NCBI GenBank assembly: GCA_038248345.1
Contig: JBBRXO010000005.1
Span: forward strand, 94 to 64,093
Length of the DNA stretch: 64,000 bases
Origin: Armatimonadota bacterium
GTDB taxonomy: Bacteria; Armatimonadota; Hebobacteria; CAIYQO01
Direction: 5' to 3'
The position numbers and the translations under genes were made by a program. Within the stretch, counting starts at the first letter, position 1, and each line of letters starts with the position of its first letter. The notes under the pieces were generated by a model. That model did no database searches, was not told where the DNA came from, and saw only the letters and a list, made by a program, of their open reading frames with translations. This document shows positions 51,701-61,471 of this stretch, piece after piece.

Positions 51701-52463
51701 GGAGCAGATTAGGATTAGTGGCGCTACTGATGCGGATCATTTCAATTTGATTTGGATCGGTGAATTCACCCATGACGCGCACGGAGGAGGTCCGTTGCGC
51801 TTCCTCTACTGATCCGGATGGCAAGTTCAAGTTTTCCGCTTTGAGTGCGCTAACTACCTGGGTAATACTCAGACCGTAGGCACGCAAGCGGCTTTTGTCG
51901 ACATTTACCTGAATCTCACGGATATCACCACCAGTGATACTCACCGAGGCAACCCCCGTCAGCTGGCTCAGGCGGTCTTTAACCACATCGTCGGCCAGGC
52001 GCCGGATTTCCACGGAAGAAAGACGCTGGGATGTTAGCGATAGCTTAATCACCGGTTCTGCGCCAATGTCCGCTTTGATAACTTGTGGGGCCTTGGAATC
52101 CTGCGGCAAGGTACTACGCAACACGTCAATTTTGCTGCGAATATCAGAAGTAACCGTCTCCAGGTTAGTGCCGATCTCGAATTCCATGCGGACAGAAGAT
52201 ACACCTTCCGAGGAGGTAGAGGTAAGCTTCTTCAATCCACTGATCATAGAGAGAGAGTCTTCAATCGGCTTTGTGATGAGTGTCTCTATCTCTTCTGGCC
52301 CGGTACCCGGATACACCGTGGTGATGAAGACCATCGGGAACTCGACATCTGGGAACAGGTCTACCGGCAGTTTGCTGCGTGACTGCAAACCGAGTACCAC
52401 CAGCGCCAGTACCAGCATCAATATTGTAACAGGGCGAGTAATCGCCAGTTTTGTTAGCCACAT
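48786..52463 (-). CDS. RND-superfamily efflux permease (1225 aa) with an extra hydrophobic insertion of about 180 aa in the central loop
   Basis: AcrB-like duplicated 6-TM + porter-domain architecture (MWLTKLAITRPV...). The insertion between halves contains further predicted TM segments (LHRPVVICVGMMTLVASFATVV...LIPLIVAILMLALVGLILSIP). Confidence 0.85.
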   Translation of the reverse strand: MWLTKLAITRPVTILMLVLALVVLGLQSRSKLPVDLFPDVEFPMVFITTVYPGTGPEEIETLITKPIEDSLSMISGLKKLTSTSSEGVSSVRMEFEIGTNLETVTSDIRSKIDVLRSTLPQDSKAPQVIKADIGAEPVIKLSLTSQRLSSVEIRRLADDVVKDRLSQLTGVASVSITGGDIREIQVNVDKSRLRAYGLSITQVVSALKAENLNLPSGSVEEAQRTSSVRVMGEFTDPNQIEMIRISSATNPNLLLRDIAEVKDTVSDITNFTRVNNDSSVAITVQKQSNSNTVQVVDNVRKELERMTGEAYTPESLKDNKKIDKGALIIPKDKAEIFVASDQSIQVRDTMNDVYKALVEGALLAVLIVFLFLHSFRGTVIVALAIPISMIATFMVMGALKYSMNMMSMLGLSLAVGILVDDSIVVLENIHRHLKMGESPREASINGRSEIGLAAMAITMVDVVVFVPIAFMGGIVGQFFRQFGIVIATATLFSLFISFTLTPMLASRWLKRHEEEVADEEKQKENPGLFYRFTQAWERFYQGVSDLYCVILTWALLHRPVVICVGMMTLVASFATVVAKPNPWTLSGLGALSTTLLFGLPIIIIDLFVIFIVWYMVIYLNGVVRWLYASVVALPASIGIIIFSSIKWNDAKAPGAGLIPLIVAILMLALVGLILSIPSQREGLEREERKPVGSSVTRPLMIFTIILLAVALLLPTKFGFEFSPSSDNRQFSIKIEQSIGTSLDVTNSTAKMIEEQLFDTKLYPEVKSVLTQVGSSGSSGGLSGGGSSSADIATISVDLKDLNESIFKKMLVSLRLQQAEQRSTSEVVKTLNEKFADRPGVKITASIASGMGGGGASPISIEVSGQDEERSLVVANQIKQIVKDTTGTYAVDLSWKSGRPELQAHIDRDRAAQYGISVAAIAAALRTSMEGDITTKYRENGKEYDIRVQLPKDQRDVLTLVPDMVVGTTASGQPVRLYEVSDLQPAAGPTKVERTNRQRSVTVLGNLEDGYQIGNIKQDITSKMAEANLDTTGVTVSWAGQAEQLETSVKDLSAALILSVLLVFMLMAALFESVLAPLIIMLAVPQAMAGAIFAMTITHKSLSIMTMIGMIMLVGLVTKNAILMVDYTNTLRKEGMGREQAIKLAGPTRLRPILMTTLAMIFGMLPTAIALSKGSEMRQPLAIAVIGGLLLSMFLTLLMVPVFYEIVDDVSIKFTQLKNRLLGIKE

Positions 52464-52550
52464 AGCTTAATAATCCACTTCCGCTTTCGCATCCGTACTG
52501 CTGCCGTCTGGCAGCATCTGATGAATCAAGATAAGGAGTATATTACGTCG

Positions 52551-53951
52551 TTATTTCTTTGTATCCATCACCTTAACCAGGTCGCCATCCTGTAGCGATT
52601 GTTGACCATTGGTTATCAATTGCTCGCCATTCTTCAGGCCGCTAATGATCTCTACCTCGGTAGCGCCAGCGGCTCCGATGGTAATGGTGCGCAGTTCCGC
52701 TTTACCATTCATATCCACATAGACAATATGCTTGCCATCGCGTTCGATGACGGCATCCTTGGGGGCGGTGAGTACGCCCACGTGGCGCGCCAACTGGATA
52801 CTACCGCGCGCGAACATGCCGGGATACACTTTGTCGGATTTGGGCACGGTGATGCGAACCATGAAGTTGCGCGTCTTGGCATCTACCACCGGTACCACTC
52901 TTTCAACAACGCCCATTATTACGTTGTTATTTGCAGCGCTGTATGGATTGGAGCGGTCACCCTGCAATGCGTCAACACTGATGTTCACGAGTTGCCCGGA
53001 GGCTACGCGAGCGGCCTCCAACTCGGAGATACTCGCCTCAAAGTAGAGCGAGTCATTGGTAGTTAATTTCAAAATTGCGATACTCGGCCCCAGACTCTGT
53101 CCTACTTCGGCCATCTTCTTTGCCACGACACCATCGACAGGTGAAGATATTTGCGTATCAGAGAGGCTCTGCCGGGAAGTCGCTAAAGCTGCTTCTGTGA
53201 CACTCACATTCGACCAGGCGACGGCTATCTGACTCTTATTGGCCTTCGCGGAATCAAGAGCCGCCTGCGCTGAATCAATATCCTGCTGGCGCGGGCCGAC
53301 GTTCAATAGATCAACGTTCTGTTGTGCAGAAGCCAACTGCGCATTGGCCATATCCAGTTGTGACTTCGCCATATCCAGTTGATTCTGTGCAGTAGCTCCG
53401 GCTGTGAAGAGTCGCTGCTGGCGATCATAATTCTGTTGTGCATTTGTTGCTGCTGCCTGCGCAGAATTCACCTGCTCTTGCGCCATCTGCTTCTGCTGGT
53501 CACGAGCGCCGCTCTTTACCACGGCGAGTTGTTTCTCCGCGATGGTGATGGATGCAGCGATAGTTTTCTCCATGGATAGCGCTTGCTGGCGTGCCTGTTC
53601 CACGCGCGCTTCTGCGGCAGTGACATCATTTCGCTTATCTGAGTTTTCGATGACGGCGACAATCTGTCCTTTACTCACCTTGTCGCCTTCTTTGACGTTG
53701 ATAGCGCTGATGCGTCCGGCCAGTTTGTTGCCCACTGTGACCTCAGAAGTGGGGGTGAGTGAGCCGGTGACATCAATGCGTTCTTCCAGGTCGTTCAAGC
53801 CAACCGTCGTCACATTTACATTCACCGTAACGCCAGTAGCTTTTGTGACGGCGACGTTCTTTTTGCCAAACATCCCCATACGTTGTGCGAAAAGCATCAG
53901 CACTGCAAGTACAATCAAAACAGGTATTGCGATCTTCAATGATGTGGGCAT
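52551..53951 (-). CDS. Efflux periplasmic adaptor (membrane fusion protein, HlyD family)
   Basis: N-terminal TM anchor, long coiled-coil (Q/A-rich heptads), C-terminal beta-barrel. Upstream of the RND gene. Confidence 0.85.
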   Translation of the reverse strand: MPTSLKIAIPVLIVLAVLMLFAQRMGMFGKKNVAVTKATGVTVNVNVTTVGLNDLEERIDVTGSLTPTSEVTVGNKLAGRISAINVKEGDKVSKGQIVAVIENSDKRNDVTAAEARVEQARQQALSMEKTIAASITIAEKQLAVVKSGARDQQKQMAQEQVNSAQAAATNAQQNYDRQQRLFTAGATAQNQLDMAKSQLDMANAQLASAQQNVDLLNVGPRQQDIDSAQAALDSAKANKSQIAVAWSNVSVTEAALATSRQSLSDTQISSPVDGVVAKKMAEVGQSLGPSIAILKLTTNDSLYFEASISELEAARVASGQLVNISVDALQGDRSNPYSAANNNVIMGVVERVVPVVDAKTRNFMVRITVPKSDKVYPGMFARGSIQLARHVGVLTAPKDAVIERDGKHIVYVDMNGKAELRTITIGAAGATEVEIISGLKNGEQLITNGQQSLQDGDLVKVMDTKK

Positions 53952-53954
53952 CAG

Positions 53955-54239
53955 TTACTCCTTCTCTATATCTTCGTCATTTTCATCGAGCATCTCCACC
54001 ATACGGCGGTTGGCCGCTTCGGCGGTCTGGGCCATATGGGCGATGAACTCCTGCATATCACCGAATTTGGCGATGATTAACATGCCCGGGTGCATGGGAT
54101 GGCGAAAGACGAGCAGTTTATCGCCGGCATGGATATCGCACTCTTTGCGTGCTTCCGCCGGAACAACAATCTGTCCACGTTCGCCAATAGTGGCAGAACC
54201 ATAAAAGAATTCTTCAACATTTGGTAATTTATGCGCCAT
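53955..54239 (-). CDS. AbrB/MazE/SpoVT-fold DNA-binding protein (putative regulator of the efflux operon)
   Basis: GSATIGERGQIVVPAEARKECDIHAGDKLLVFRH swapped-hairpin signature. Start taken at MAHKL...; the ORF extends upstream to 54335. Confidence 0.6.
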   Translation of the reverse strand: MAHKLPNVEEFFYGSATIGERGQIVVPAEARKECDIHAGDKLLVFRHPMHPGMLIIAKFGDMQEFIAHMAQTAEAANRRMVEMLDENDEDIEKE

Positions 54240-54437
54240 TGACAAACCATTCCTCACGATTGTATGAAAAGTATGATTCATCGTACTAGTATGGGGAAAA
54301 AATGTCAATAGCACTGGGTAGAAAATAGGGGGCAACTGCGCTCAACTTATCATCATGCCCAATCGCACCCTACTCCCTATTTCCTTACCCCCCCGTCTCG
54401 TGGTAATATATTGTATTAGAGTTACGAGGAGGAATAG

Positions 54438-55592
54438 ATGAGCGCCAATGAAAATGAAGTAAAGACGTCACCAATTCCCAAGGCTGGCTTGGAGGATGTC
54501 ATTGCCGGCACCTCGGAGATATGCTTTATCGACGGTGTCAAGGGACGATTGGTCTACCGTGGGTATGATGTTGCAGATCTTGCCGAGAATAGCTGTTTCG
54601 AGGAAGTTGCCTATCTGTTATGGTATGGCCGCTTGCCGGGAAAAATTGAGTACGAAGTATTTTTAGAGGGTTTCACGGGCAGTACTGAGTTGCCTATTGA
54701 GACGGTGATGATCCTGCGCATGTTCCCTAAGGCTGCAACGCCGATGGAGATCCTGCGCACAGCCGTGTCCTCTATGGGGCATTGGGATCCAGACTCCGGC
54801 AATACCCGGCTGGACGCCTGCATGCGCAAAGCCCAACGGCTCACCGAGCGGATGCCGCTATTAATTACAGCGCATCAGCGTCTGCGTCATGGGCTGGAAC
54901 CGGTGAAGCCGATTCCGGGCAAGAGTATTGCCTACAATTTCCTGTATACCCTCCATGGTAAAGAGCCGGATCCGGAGATGGTGCGGGTATTTGACGTTAC
55001 CTTGGTATTGATGGCAGACCATGAATTAAATGCATCAACCTTTGCCGCACGCGTAACCGCTGCTACCATGTCGGATATCTACTCGTCCGTCACCTCCGCT
55101 ATCGGCGCGCTGAAAGGCCCATTACACGGTGGCGCAAATGAAGTGGTGATGAACATGCTGGGCGAGATCGGTGACCCGTCCAAAGCCGAGGCTTATATCA
55201 AAGAGAAGCTGAAGAACAAAGAGAAGATCCCTGGCTTCGGACACCGCGTCTACCGAACCGAGGATCCACGTGCTACCGTACTACGCAACTTTGCGGCGGA
55301 GCTCTCCGAGCGCGCTGGCGAAACTCGCTGGTTCGAGATTTCGCAGGAAGTGGAGCGTACGGTACGTGATAACACCAAGGTATATCCCAATGTGGACTTC
55401 TATTCGGCTACTTGTTACCACATGATGGGAATTCCGCCAGAACTGTTCACGCCCATATTTGCCGCCAGCCGCATGACCGGTTGGACAGCACATATCATGG
55501 AACAATGGAGCAACAACCGCATTATTCGTCCCCGTGCCGAATATACCGGTCAGCTAGATCTAAACTATATTCCCTTTGATGAGCGGGCATAA
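54438..55592 (+). CDS. gltA: Citrate synthase (short, about 380-aa type)
   Basis: Full-length match to the citrate synthase pattern (ICFIDGVKGRLVYRGYDV...GFGHRVY...). Confidence 0.9.
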   Translation: MSANENEVKTSPIPKAGLEDVIAGTSEICFIDGVKGRLVYRGYDVADLAENSCFEEVAYLLWYGRLPGKIEYEVFLEGFTGSTELPIETVMILRMFPKAATPMEILRTAVSSMGHWDPDSGNTRLDACMRKAQRLTERMPLLITAHQRLRHGLEPVKPIPGKSIAYNFLYTLHGKEPDPEMVRVFDVTLVLMADHELNASTFAARVTAATMSDIYSSVTSAIGALKGPLHGGANEVVMNMLGEIGDPSKAEAYIKEKLKNKEKIPGFGHRVYRTEDPRATVLRNFAAELSERAGETRWFEISQEVERTVRDNTKVYPNVDFYSATCYHMMGIPPELFTPIFAASRMTGWTAHIMEQWSNNRIIRPRAEYTGQLDLNYIPFDERA

Positions 55593-55611
55593 GCTACTTG
55601 CCAGGATTAAA

Positions 55612-55645
55612 ACGCCGGAAGTGGATACTACTTCCGGCGTTTTAG
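55612..55645 (+). terminator. Rho-independent terminator after citrate synthase
   Basis: ACGCCGGAAGT-ggatact-ACTTCCGGCGT followed by TTTT. Confidence 0.7.
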
Positions 55646-55731
55646 TAATGTCTGCAGGGACAGGCTTGAAACCGGCGAAATATCTATTTATAGACATCGG
55701 AAAGGAATCGGTGGTCGTTTAGAAGGCATAT

Positions 55732-56973
55732 ATGACGTCATGGATACGGCAGTATTCGCTACGAGATTTATTGGATGATAGTTTCGACTTGTTCAAAGAG
55801 CGGGCCGTAGCGTTGTTACTTGTGGGTACTATTCCCTATCTGTTCTTCGTCGCCTTTGCGGTATTAATGCGCACGGTATATGTCCCCGAGAATTTCGTTA
55901 ATGAATGGAAATTCGATACTAATTCCAATACTCTCTGGCAGCTACTTAGTAACCCTCGTTTCTGGGTTTTTATTCTCAGCATCTCTTTTGCCGGATTCCT
56001 GGCTTTTACGGTAAGCTATCTGGCTCAATGCCGGGTGGCGATAGAAGCGGCGCAGGGAAATGTAATATCCACTGGTAAAGCGTTCTCTCGACTGGTGAAA
56101 CCGTTCTTCAGCTTGCTCTTGATCTCGATTATGTTCTCTATCGTCGTGTCTGTCGCGCTGACCTTCGTGACTCTACTATGTTTAGTGTTGGTCGGTATTC
56201 TTATAATGCTGGTCGCGGCAATTAGTAGAGGGGCAATAAGTGATAACAGCACGGGTGGCGCTGCGATAGTTTACGGGATACTTAGTATAGTCAGTATGGC
56301 CATGCTCGTACTGGCTAATTTGCTGGTTATCTTCTTCTTTGCCGCGGGTATCCTCACTGCTCCAGTGGCAATGGTGAATGAAAACGCTGGTCCCTTTGTT
56401 GCTTTGGGTAGAGCGATGAAGATATCTCGAGCGAATTTCTCGGCACAATACTGGTCTACTGTGGTAGTGGGACTTATGCAGTCAATCATCTGGCCGTCCC
56501 TAGTGGTAATTCAGTTGTTGTTGTTCATGATTGTAAAGCCATTTGCACCCACCATGGACAACACTCTTGTCGGTTCATTGGCAGGCGGGTTATCGTTAAT
56601 TGTTTATCTCGGGCTATTCTCCTGCTTGCAGGCACTGGCTTATCTGGATGGGAGAAGTAGAACCGAGAGCTATGATCTACTGGTGATGGCGCGGCAAATA
56701 GGGCTGGAACAGGAGTTCAAGCGTGCATTCAGCATTACCAACCAGACGCCGGTATATTTTGATAAACAACAGCCTGCGAATGCTCAGCAATATGGCGGCT
56801 ACCCGGATTATTCCCGAGCACCGGGAATGCAGATGGAAGATTATCCAACTATTGTTCCTGTTGCAGAAGTAATGTCTTATCCGGATTATAATGCGCCACC
56901 ACCACCTGTCGTTGTTGGATCGGTACCGGCTGAAGCTTTAGAACAAGAAGAGGAGCAGAAGCATGATTCATAA
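55732..56973 (+). CDS. Polytopic membrane protein with Pro/Tyr-rich C-terminal tail (unknown function)
   Basis: Multiple hydrophobic segments. C-terminus ...YPDYSRAPGMQMEDYPTIVPVAEVMSYPDYNAPPPP. Confidence 0.6.
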   Translation: MTSWIRQYSLRDLLDDSFDLFKERAVALLLVGTIPYLFFVAFAVLMRTVYVPENFVNEWKFDTNSNTLWQLLSNPRFWVFILSISFAGFLAFTVSYLAQCRVAIEAAQGNVISTGKAFSRLVKPFFSLLLISIMFSIVVSVALTFVTLLCLVLVGILIMLVAAISRGAISDNSTGGAAIVYGILSIVSMAMLVLANLLVIFFFAAGILTAPVAMVNENAGPFVALGRAMKISRANFSAQYWSTVVVGLMQSIIWPSLVVIQLLLFMIVKPFAPTMDNTLVGSLAGGLSLIVYLGLFSCLQALAYLDGRSRTESYDLLVMARQIGLEQEFKRAFSITNQTPVYFDKQQPANAQQYGGYPDYSRAPGMQMEDYPTIVPVAEVMSYPDYNAPPPPVVVGSVPAEALEQEEEQKHDS

Positions 56974-57787
56974 ACTGCTCATCACGCTGCTGTTTTTATC
57001 GGTTTTGTTGTCCGTTCCGGTGCTTGCACAAGCTCCGACGACACAGCAGGCACATTCTACCCTTACCACCATATTGGAGCGGCGTGAATTCGGCTCACTT
57101 CAGAAAGATTATTCCAGTATAAAGGCACCCTCATGGTGGGATAATTTCACGAAGTCCCTGGCTGACAATTGGAAAAAAGTATCTGGCTGGATGGGCAACC
57201 AGTTTTCTCGTTTAGGCGCCTGGTGGAGTCAACATTTCCCCAAAAGCGATGGGAAGGGAAACGGCTTCTGGAATTGGTGGGCCAATTCACTACCAGCGAT
57301 CAGGTATCTCTTACTAGGAGTACTTTATTTGTCAGCAGCAACATTGTTGGGATTTATCGTATATCGGATATTCCTCTGGACACAGACTCGGCAAGTGATA
57401 GCCAGCTTGTTGGGAAATGGTGAATCTCTCGTCGGCGAAAAGCCGACACCACTCCCTACTGATTGGGAACGAGCACAAAGAGAGATCGAAGAGATGTGGA
57501 ATAATGGCGACCAACGTGGTGCACTTCGCATGCTCCTCCGTGCTTGTCAGGCGATATTGGATATGCGCGGTATCATGCAATATGATAATTCGCGCGCCAA
57601 TGGAGAAGTGCTGCGCGATCTGCGCCGCCGTGGTCGGCAGGATTTGAGCGACCTGCTGCGCTTGGTGGTGCGCCCGTGTGACCGTGTCTGGTACGGCGGG
57701 TTTAGCATTGAGAGCAGTGAGTTCATTAATGCAGTTGAGGCAGGGAAGCATCTTCGAGAAAAACTGTTGTCGGATAAAGTGTTATGA
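56963..57787 (+). CDS. DUF4129-domain membrane protein
   Basis: Signal/TM at the N-terminus, a central TM, C-terminal region GALRMLLRACQAILDMRGI...VRPCDRVWYGG typical of DUF4129. Overlaps neighbours by ATGA-type junctions. Confidence 0.6.
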   Translation: MIHKLLITLLFLSVLLSVPVLAQAPTTQQAHSTLTTILERREFGSLQKDYSSIKAPSWWDNFTKSLADNWKKVSGWMGNQFSRLGAWWSQHFPKSDGKGNGFWNWWANSLPAIRYLLLGVLYLSAATLLGFIVYRIFLWTQTRQVIASLLGNGESLVGEKPTPLPTDWERAQREIEEMWNNGDQRGALRMLLRACQAILDMRGIMQYDNSRANGEVLRDLRRRGRQDLSDLLRLVVRPCDRVWYGGFSIESSEFINAVEAGKHLREKLLSDKVL

Positions 57788-59067
57788 AAAAGTGGAAAGA
57801 ATTGCTGCCGTTAGTTATAATCCTGCTGGTAATGGCATTTTTGTTGCTTAGTGCCCGAAGTCCATCTGTTAGCGTGGCATCTCCGGAGAGTAGCCTGGCG
57901 CTCCATTCCAGCTATAGTACCGTGCCTGAGGGCTACAAGGCGCTCTTTCTAACGTTGAATGAACTTGGCTACCAGGCAAAGCAACAAACACGTCCCTTTG
58001 ACTTATTAGAAGGCAAGGGATTACTCATCATCGCTGACCCATACAAGGTGCCGATTTCTGAGCTGGATGCTCGTTCGCTGTTTGACTGGGTGCGGGAAGG
58101 CAATAGGGTGCTATTCCTTGTGGAGGAGCATCCTGAGAGCGTAATGGCTCTGACGAGTAACGAAGATTCACCGGAAAGGGAGATGATTTTCCGTGATGAA
58201 GATGTGCGCTGGATGGAGCGAGTTTACGATAAAGAGCAAGGCGAATATTCAAACGAGCAGTCGGTTCCCTACGACAAAGCAGCTTTTGTAGCGGCTGCAA
58301 CCAAGGATTCCTCACTTGGCGCTACTGCGCCAGCGCTCAGTATTAAGACTAATTACCGCATTAGCAAAAATGAAGTTCTCCCGGAGAAACTGCTGGATTT
58401 ACTGAAGAAATCGCCCACGCCTCTCTACGCGGACAACAAAGGTACCGCGTTGATGAGTTCAGAGGTGGGGCAAGGGAAGATATACTGGTGTACATCCCCG
58501 TGGTCTTTCTCAAATGAAGGGATCAAAGAGGAAAGCAATCTCGACTTTGTGCTTGCCCTAGCGGGTGATAAGAAGGGTGGGGTGGTACTCTTCGACGAAT
58601 ATCACCATGGATTTGGCAGAAATATATCAATATTAACGCTGTTACCGCGTCTTACGAATATTGGCCTGCTGCAGTTAGTTCTGGCGCTGCTATTATTGGG
58701 ATTAACGTTGGCCTGGCGTTTTGGGCCTCCGCGTTTGCCGGATGCCGAGCGTTTCACTCGGTCGCGCGCAGAGTATCTGACCTCCATGGCTGGACTATTG
58801 GAACGGGCGCAGGCGACGCATGTAGTGCGTGACCGACTGGATACGCTGCTTCGTCGACGACTTTGCCGCCGCCTTGGCATTAACACAACCGCGTCTGCAG
58901 AGCAGATATTGCACACTAATGCGAATCTATTGTTGGTGAATCAACGCGATCTGGATCGAGTGCTGGCACAACTGCAGATGCTGGCAGCGCAGCCACGTCC
59001 GGAGATGCCCGCATTGTTAAATCTGGCACATGAGATACATTCATTGTTGCATGCAAAACAGAGCTAA
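57784..59067 (+). CDS. DUF4350-domain protein
   Basis: N-terminal TM, about 400-aa extracytoplasmic region, late TM ([17 protein letters not shown]). Translationally coupled to upstream and downstream genes. Confidence 0.6.
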   Translation: MKKWKELLPLVIILLVMAFLLLSARSPSVSVASPESSLALHSSYSTVPEGYKALFLTLNELGYQAKQQTRPFDLLEGKGLLIIADPYKVPISELDARSLFDWVREGNRVLFLVEEHPESVMALTSNEDSPEREMIFRDEDVRWMERVYDKEQGEYSNEQSVPYDKAAFVAAATKDSSLGATAPALSIKTNYRISKNEVLPEKLLDLLKKSPTPLYADNKGTALMSSEVGQGKIYWCTSPWSFSNEGIKEESNLDFVLALAGDKKGGVVLFDEYHHGFGRNISILTLLPRLTNIGLLQLVLALLLLGLTLAWRFGPPRLPDAERFTRSRAEYLTSMAGLLERAQATHVVRDRLDTLLRRRLCRRLGINTTASAEQILHTNANLLLVNQRDLDRVLAQLQMLAAQPRPEMPALLNLAHEIHSLLHAKQS

Positions 59068-59096
59068 TTAGTTATTTGATGTTGAGGAGCAAACTT

Positions 59097-60059
59097 ATGA
59101 CAGTCGAGATTACTGGTAAAGCTGAGCGCCTGGTTGATGCAATCAGGATGGAAATTGGCAAAGTGGTGAAAGGGCAGGACGCCATCCTTGATGGTCTGCT
59201 CATCTGTCTGCTGGCGGATGGCCACGTGTTATTGGAAGGTGTACCGGGTACGGCCAAAACACTGATGGCCAATGCGTTAGCGCACTGCCTGCAGCTGACC
59301 TTCAAACGTATACAATTCACCCCTGACTTGATGCCCTCGGACATCATCGGGACAACTGTATATGATATGAAGACGGCGGAGTTCTTTGTCAAAAAAGGAC
59401 CGGTTTTTACGGCAATTCTGTTGGCTGATGAGATAAACCGGACGCCGCCTAAGACGCAATCAGCGCTGTTGCAGGCGATGGAAGAACGCAGGGTAACCAT
59501 TGACGGTGTGGATCACCCATTGCCAGAGCCATTCCTGGTAGTAGCGACGCAGAACCCGGTAGAGTATGAAGGAACATATCCGTTGCCCGAAGCGCAGCTG
59601 GATCGTTTCCTCATGAAGCTGAAAATTGATTACCCGGTAGCGGAAGAAGAGTACAACATGCTGCAGTTGCATAAGCAGGGTTTTGACCCTCATGCGCTGG
59701 CTTCGGCTATAAAGTCCGTTGTAACTCATGAGGAATTGAAAGCAGCTAAAGCGGAGATTAATACCATTGCTGTTGATGAAGGTGTGATGCGCTATCTGGT
59801 AGCTATCGTCACTGCCACGCGCACGGCACCGCAGGTGACACTTGGTGGTAGCCCGCGCGCCACGGTAGCATTGTTACGTTGCAGTCGTGCGCTAGCTGCG
59901 TTGGAGAGCCGAAACTTTATCACGCCCGACGACGTGAAAGCTGTTGCGCGTCCTGTGCTGCGCCATCGCATTATTCTGCGTGCCGAAGCAGAACTAGAAG
60001 GGTTGACCACTGATCAACTGATAGAAAGCGTGTTGGCTTCTGTGCCGGTTCCCCGATAG
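59097..60059 (+). CDS. MoxR-family AAA+ ATPase
   Basis: Walker A GVPGTAKT, Walker B LLADEINR, sensor/arginine-finger region. RBS GAGGAG before the ATG at 59097. Confidence 0.9.
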   Translation: MTVEITGKAERLVDAIRMEIGKVVKGQDAILDGLLICLLADGHVLLEGVPGTAKTLMANALAHCLQLTFKRIQFTPDLMPSDIIGTTVYDMKTAEFFVKKGPVFTAILLADEINRTPPKTQSALLQAMEERRVTIDGVDHPLPEPFLVVATQNPVEYEGTYPLPEAQLDRFLMKLKIDYPVAEEEYNMLQLHKQGFDPHALASAIKSVVTHEELKAAKAEINTIAVDEGVMRYLVAIVTATRTAPQVTLGGSPRATVALLRCSRALAALESRNFITPDDVKAVARPVLRHRIILRAEAELEGLTTDQLIESVLASVPVPR

Positions 60060-60185
60060 GAAAAAAATTAAATAGAAAAAGGGATCCACGTTTTTCTGTA
60101 GAACATATAATTGCATGGCCAATTTGGCGATGAATGGGACTCTAATTGCCGGAGAGTCCACAATATACAGGCAGAGGAGAATAAT

Positions 60186-61304
60186 ATGGCAGAGGTACGC
60201 CTCGACAACGTCTGCAAACACTTCAAAGAAGTGGTTGCAGTGGAAAAACTCACTCTTACGATTCCTGACAAGGAATTCCTCGTTTTCGTCGGCCCATCGG
60301 GTTGCGGGAAAACCACGGCATTGCGCATGGTTGCCGGGTTGGAAGAGATAACTTCCGGTCAGATTTTCATTGACAACAAGTGTGTCAATGATGTCCCGCC
60401 GAAAGACCGCGACATAGCGATGGTTTTCCAGAATTACGCACTATACCCGCACATGTCTGTATATGAAAATATGGCATTCGGTTTGCGTCTGCGCAAAGTT
60501 CCTAAAGTTGAGATTAAGGCCCGCGTACAGCGTGCTGCTGGGATGTTGGGCATGGAAGACCTGCTGGAGCGTAAGCCCAAAGCGCTATCTGGTGGACAGC
60601 GCCAGCGCGTAGCCCTGGCCCGCGCTATTGTTCGTGAGCCGAAAGTCTTCCTGATGGACGAGCCGCTCTCCAACTTGGATGCCAAGTTGCGCGTACACAC
60701 CCGTGCCGAGCTTATCCGCCTGCATCGCCAGTTAGGCATCACCACCATTTACGTAACACATGACCAAGTTGAAGCCATGACGATGGGTAATCGCATCGTG
60801 GTTATGAACCAGGGTTTTATGCAGCAGATTGATAGTCCTATGCACCTGTACACCAAACCTGCCAATAAATTTGTCGCTGGCTTCATCGGCAGTCCGGCCA
60901 TGAACTTCCTGCCGGCGAAGATTGCAGTGTCTGGCAATGATGTGTTGGTTCTAATCAAAGACTTCAAATTGAAATTGCCCGAGAAATACGCTGGTATGGC
61001 GAAAGTGTTTGACGGTAAAGATGTCACTTTTGGCATTCGTCCGGAGAATATCTTCGACAAATCCATCGTTCCTACAGCGTTGATTGATTCTCCCAACGTT
61101 GCCACCGTCAGTGTCGACGTGCTCGAGCCATTAGGCGCCAACGTCCTTGCTTACTTGAACCTCGGTGAAATTGATTTCCTGGCAGCTTTCGGCGCTGACA
61201 CTTTAGCCACACCGGGCCAGAATATTGATATCGTATTCGATATGGATAACTGCCATCTCTTTGATATTGAGACCGAGCAGTCAGTATTTTTTGGCATCAA
61301 ATAA
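60186..61304 (+). CDS. Sugar-type ABC transporter ATP-binding protein (MalK/UgpC/MsmX-like), orphan
   Basis: Walker [10 protein letters not shown], signature LSGGQRQR, Walker [14 protein letters not shown]-terminal regulatory MalK-type domain. No permease or binding-protein genes adjacent. Confidence 0.9.
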   Translation: MAEVRLDNVCKHFKEVVAVEKLTLTIPDKEFLVFVGPSGCGKTTALRMVAGLEEITSGQIFIDNKCVNDVPPKDRDIAMVFQNYALYPHMSVYENMAFGLRLRKVPKVEIKARVQRAAGMLGMEDLLERKPKALSGGQRQRVALARAIVREPKVFLMDEPLSNLDAKLRVHTRAELIRLHRQLGITTIYVTHDQVEAMTMGNRIVVMNQGFMQQIDSPMHLYTKPANKFVAGFIGSPAMNFLPAKIAVSGNDVLVLIKDFKLKLPEKYAGMAKVFDGKDVTFGIRPENIFDKSIVPTALIDSPNVATVSVDVLEPLGANVLAYLNLGEIDFLAAFGADTLATPGQNIDIVFDMDNCHLFDIETEQSVFFGIK

Positions 61305-61330
61305 GCGGCTGAAAAACTAAATAATAGCTA

Positions 61331-61405
61331 ACGGCGGGGTAATACCTCGCCGTTAGCTGTATCTGTAGAATGGTATTTATTACGATTTCATTCCCGATAC
61401 CATTT
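61331..61405 (+). terminator. Two successive hairpins after the ABC ATPase gene
   Basis: AGCTAACGGCG-N11-CGCCGTTAGCT at 61331-61361, then GGTAT...ATACC followed by TTTTTTT at 61371-61405. Confidence 0.6.
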
Positions 61406-61471
61406 TTTTGTGCTAGACTAATCGTAGACGCAGAAAATATGCGTAACCACCCGATGCAGGAGAAATTAGTC

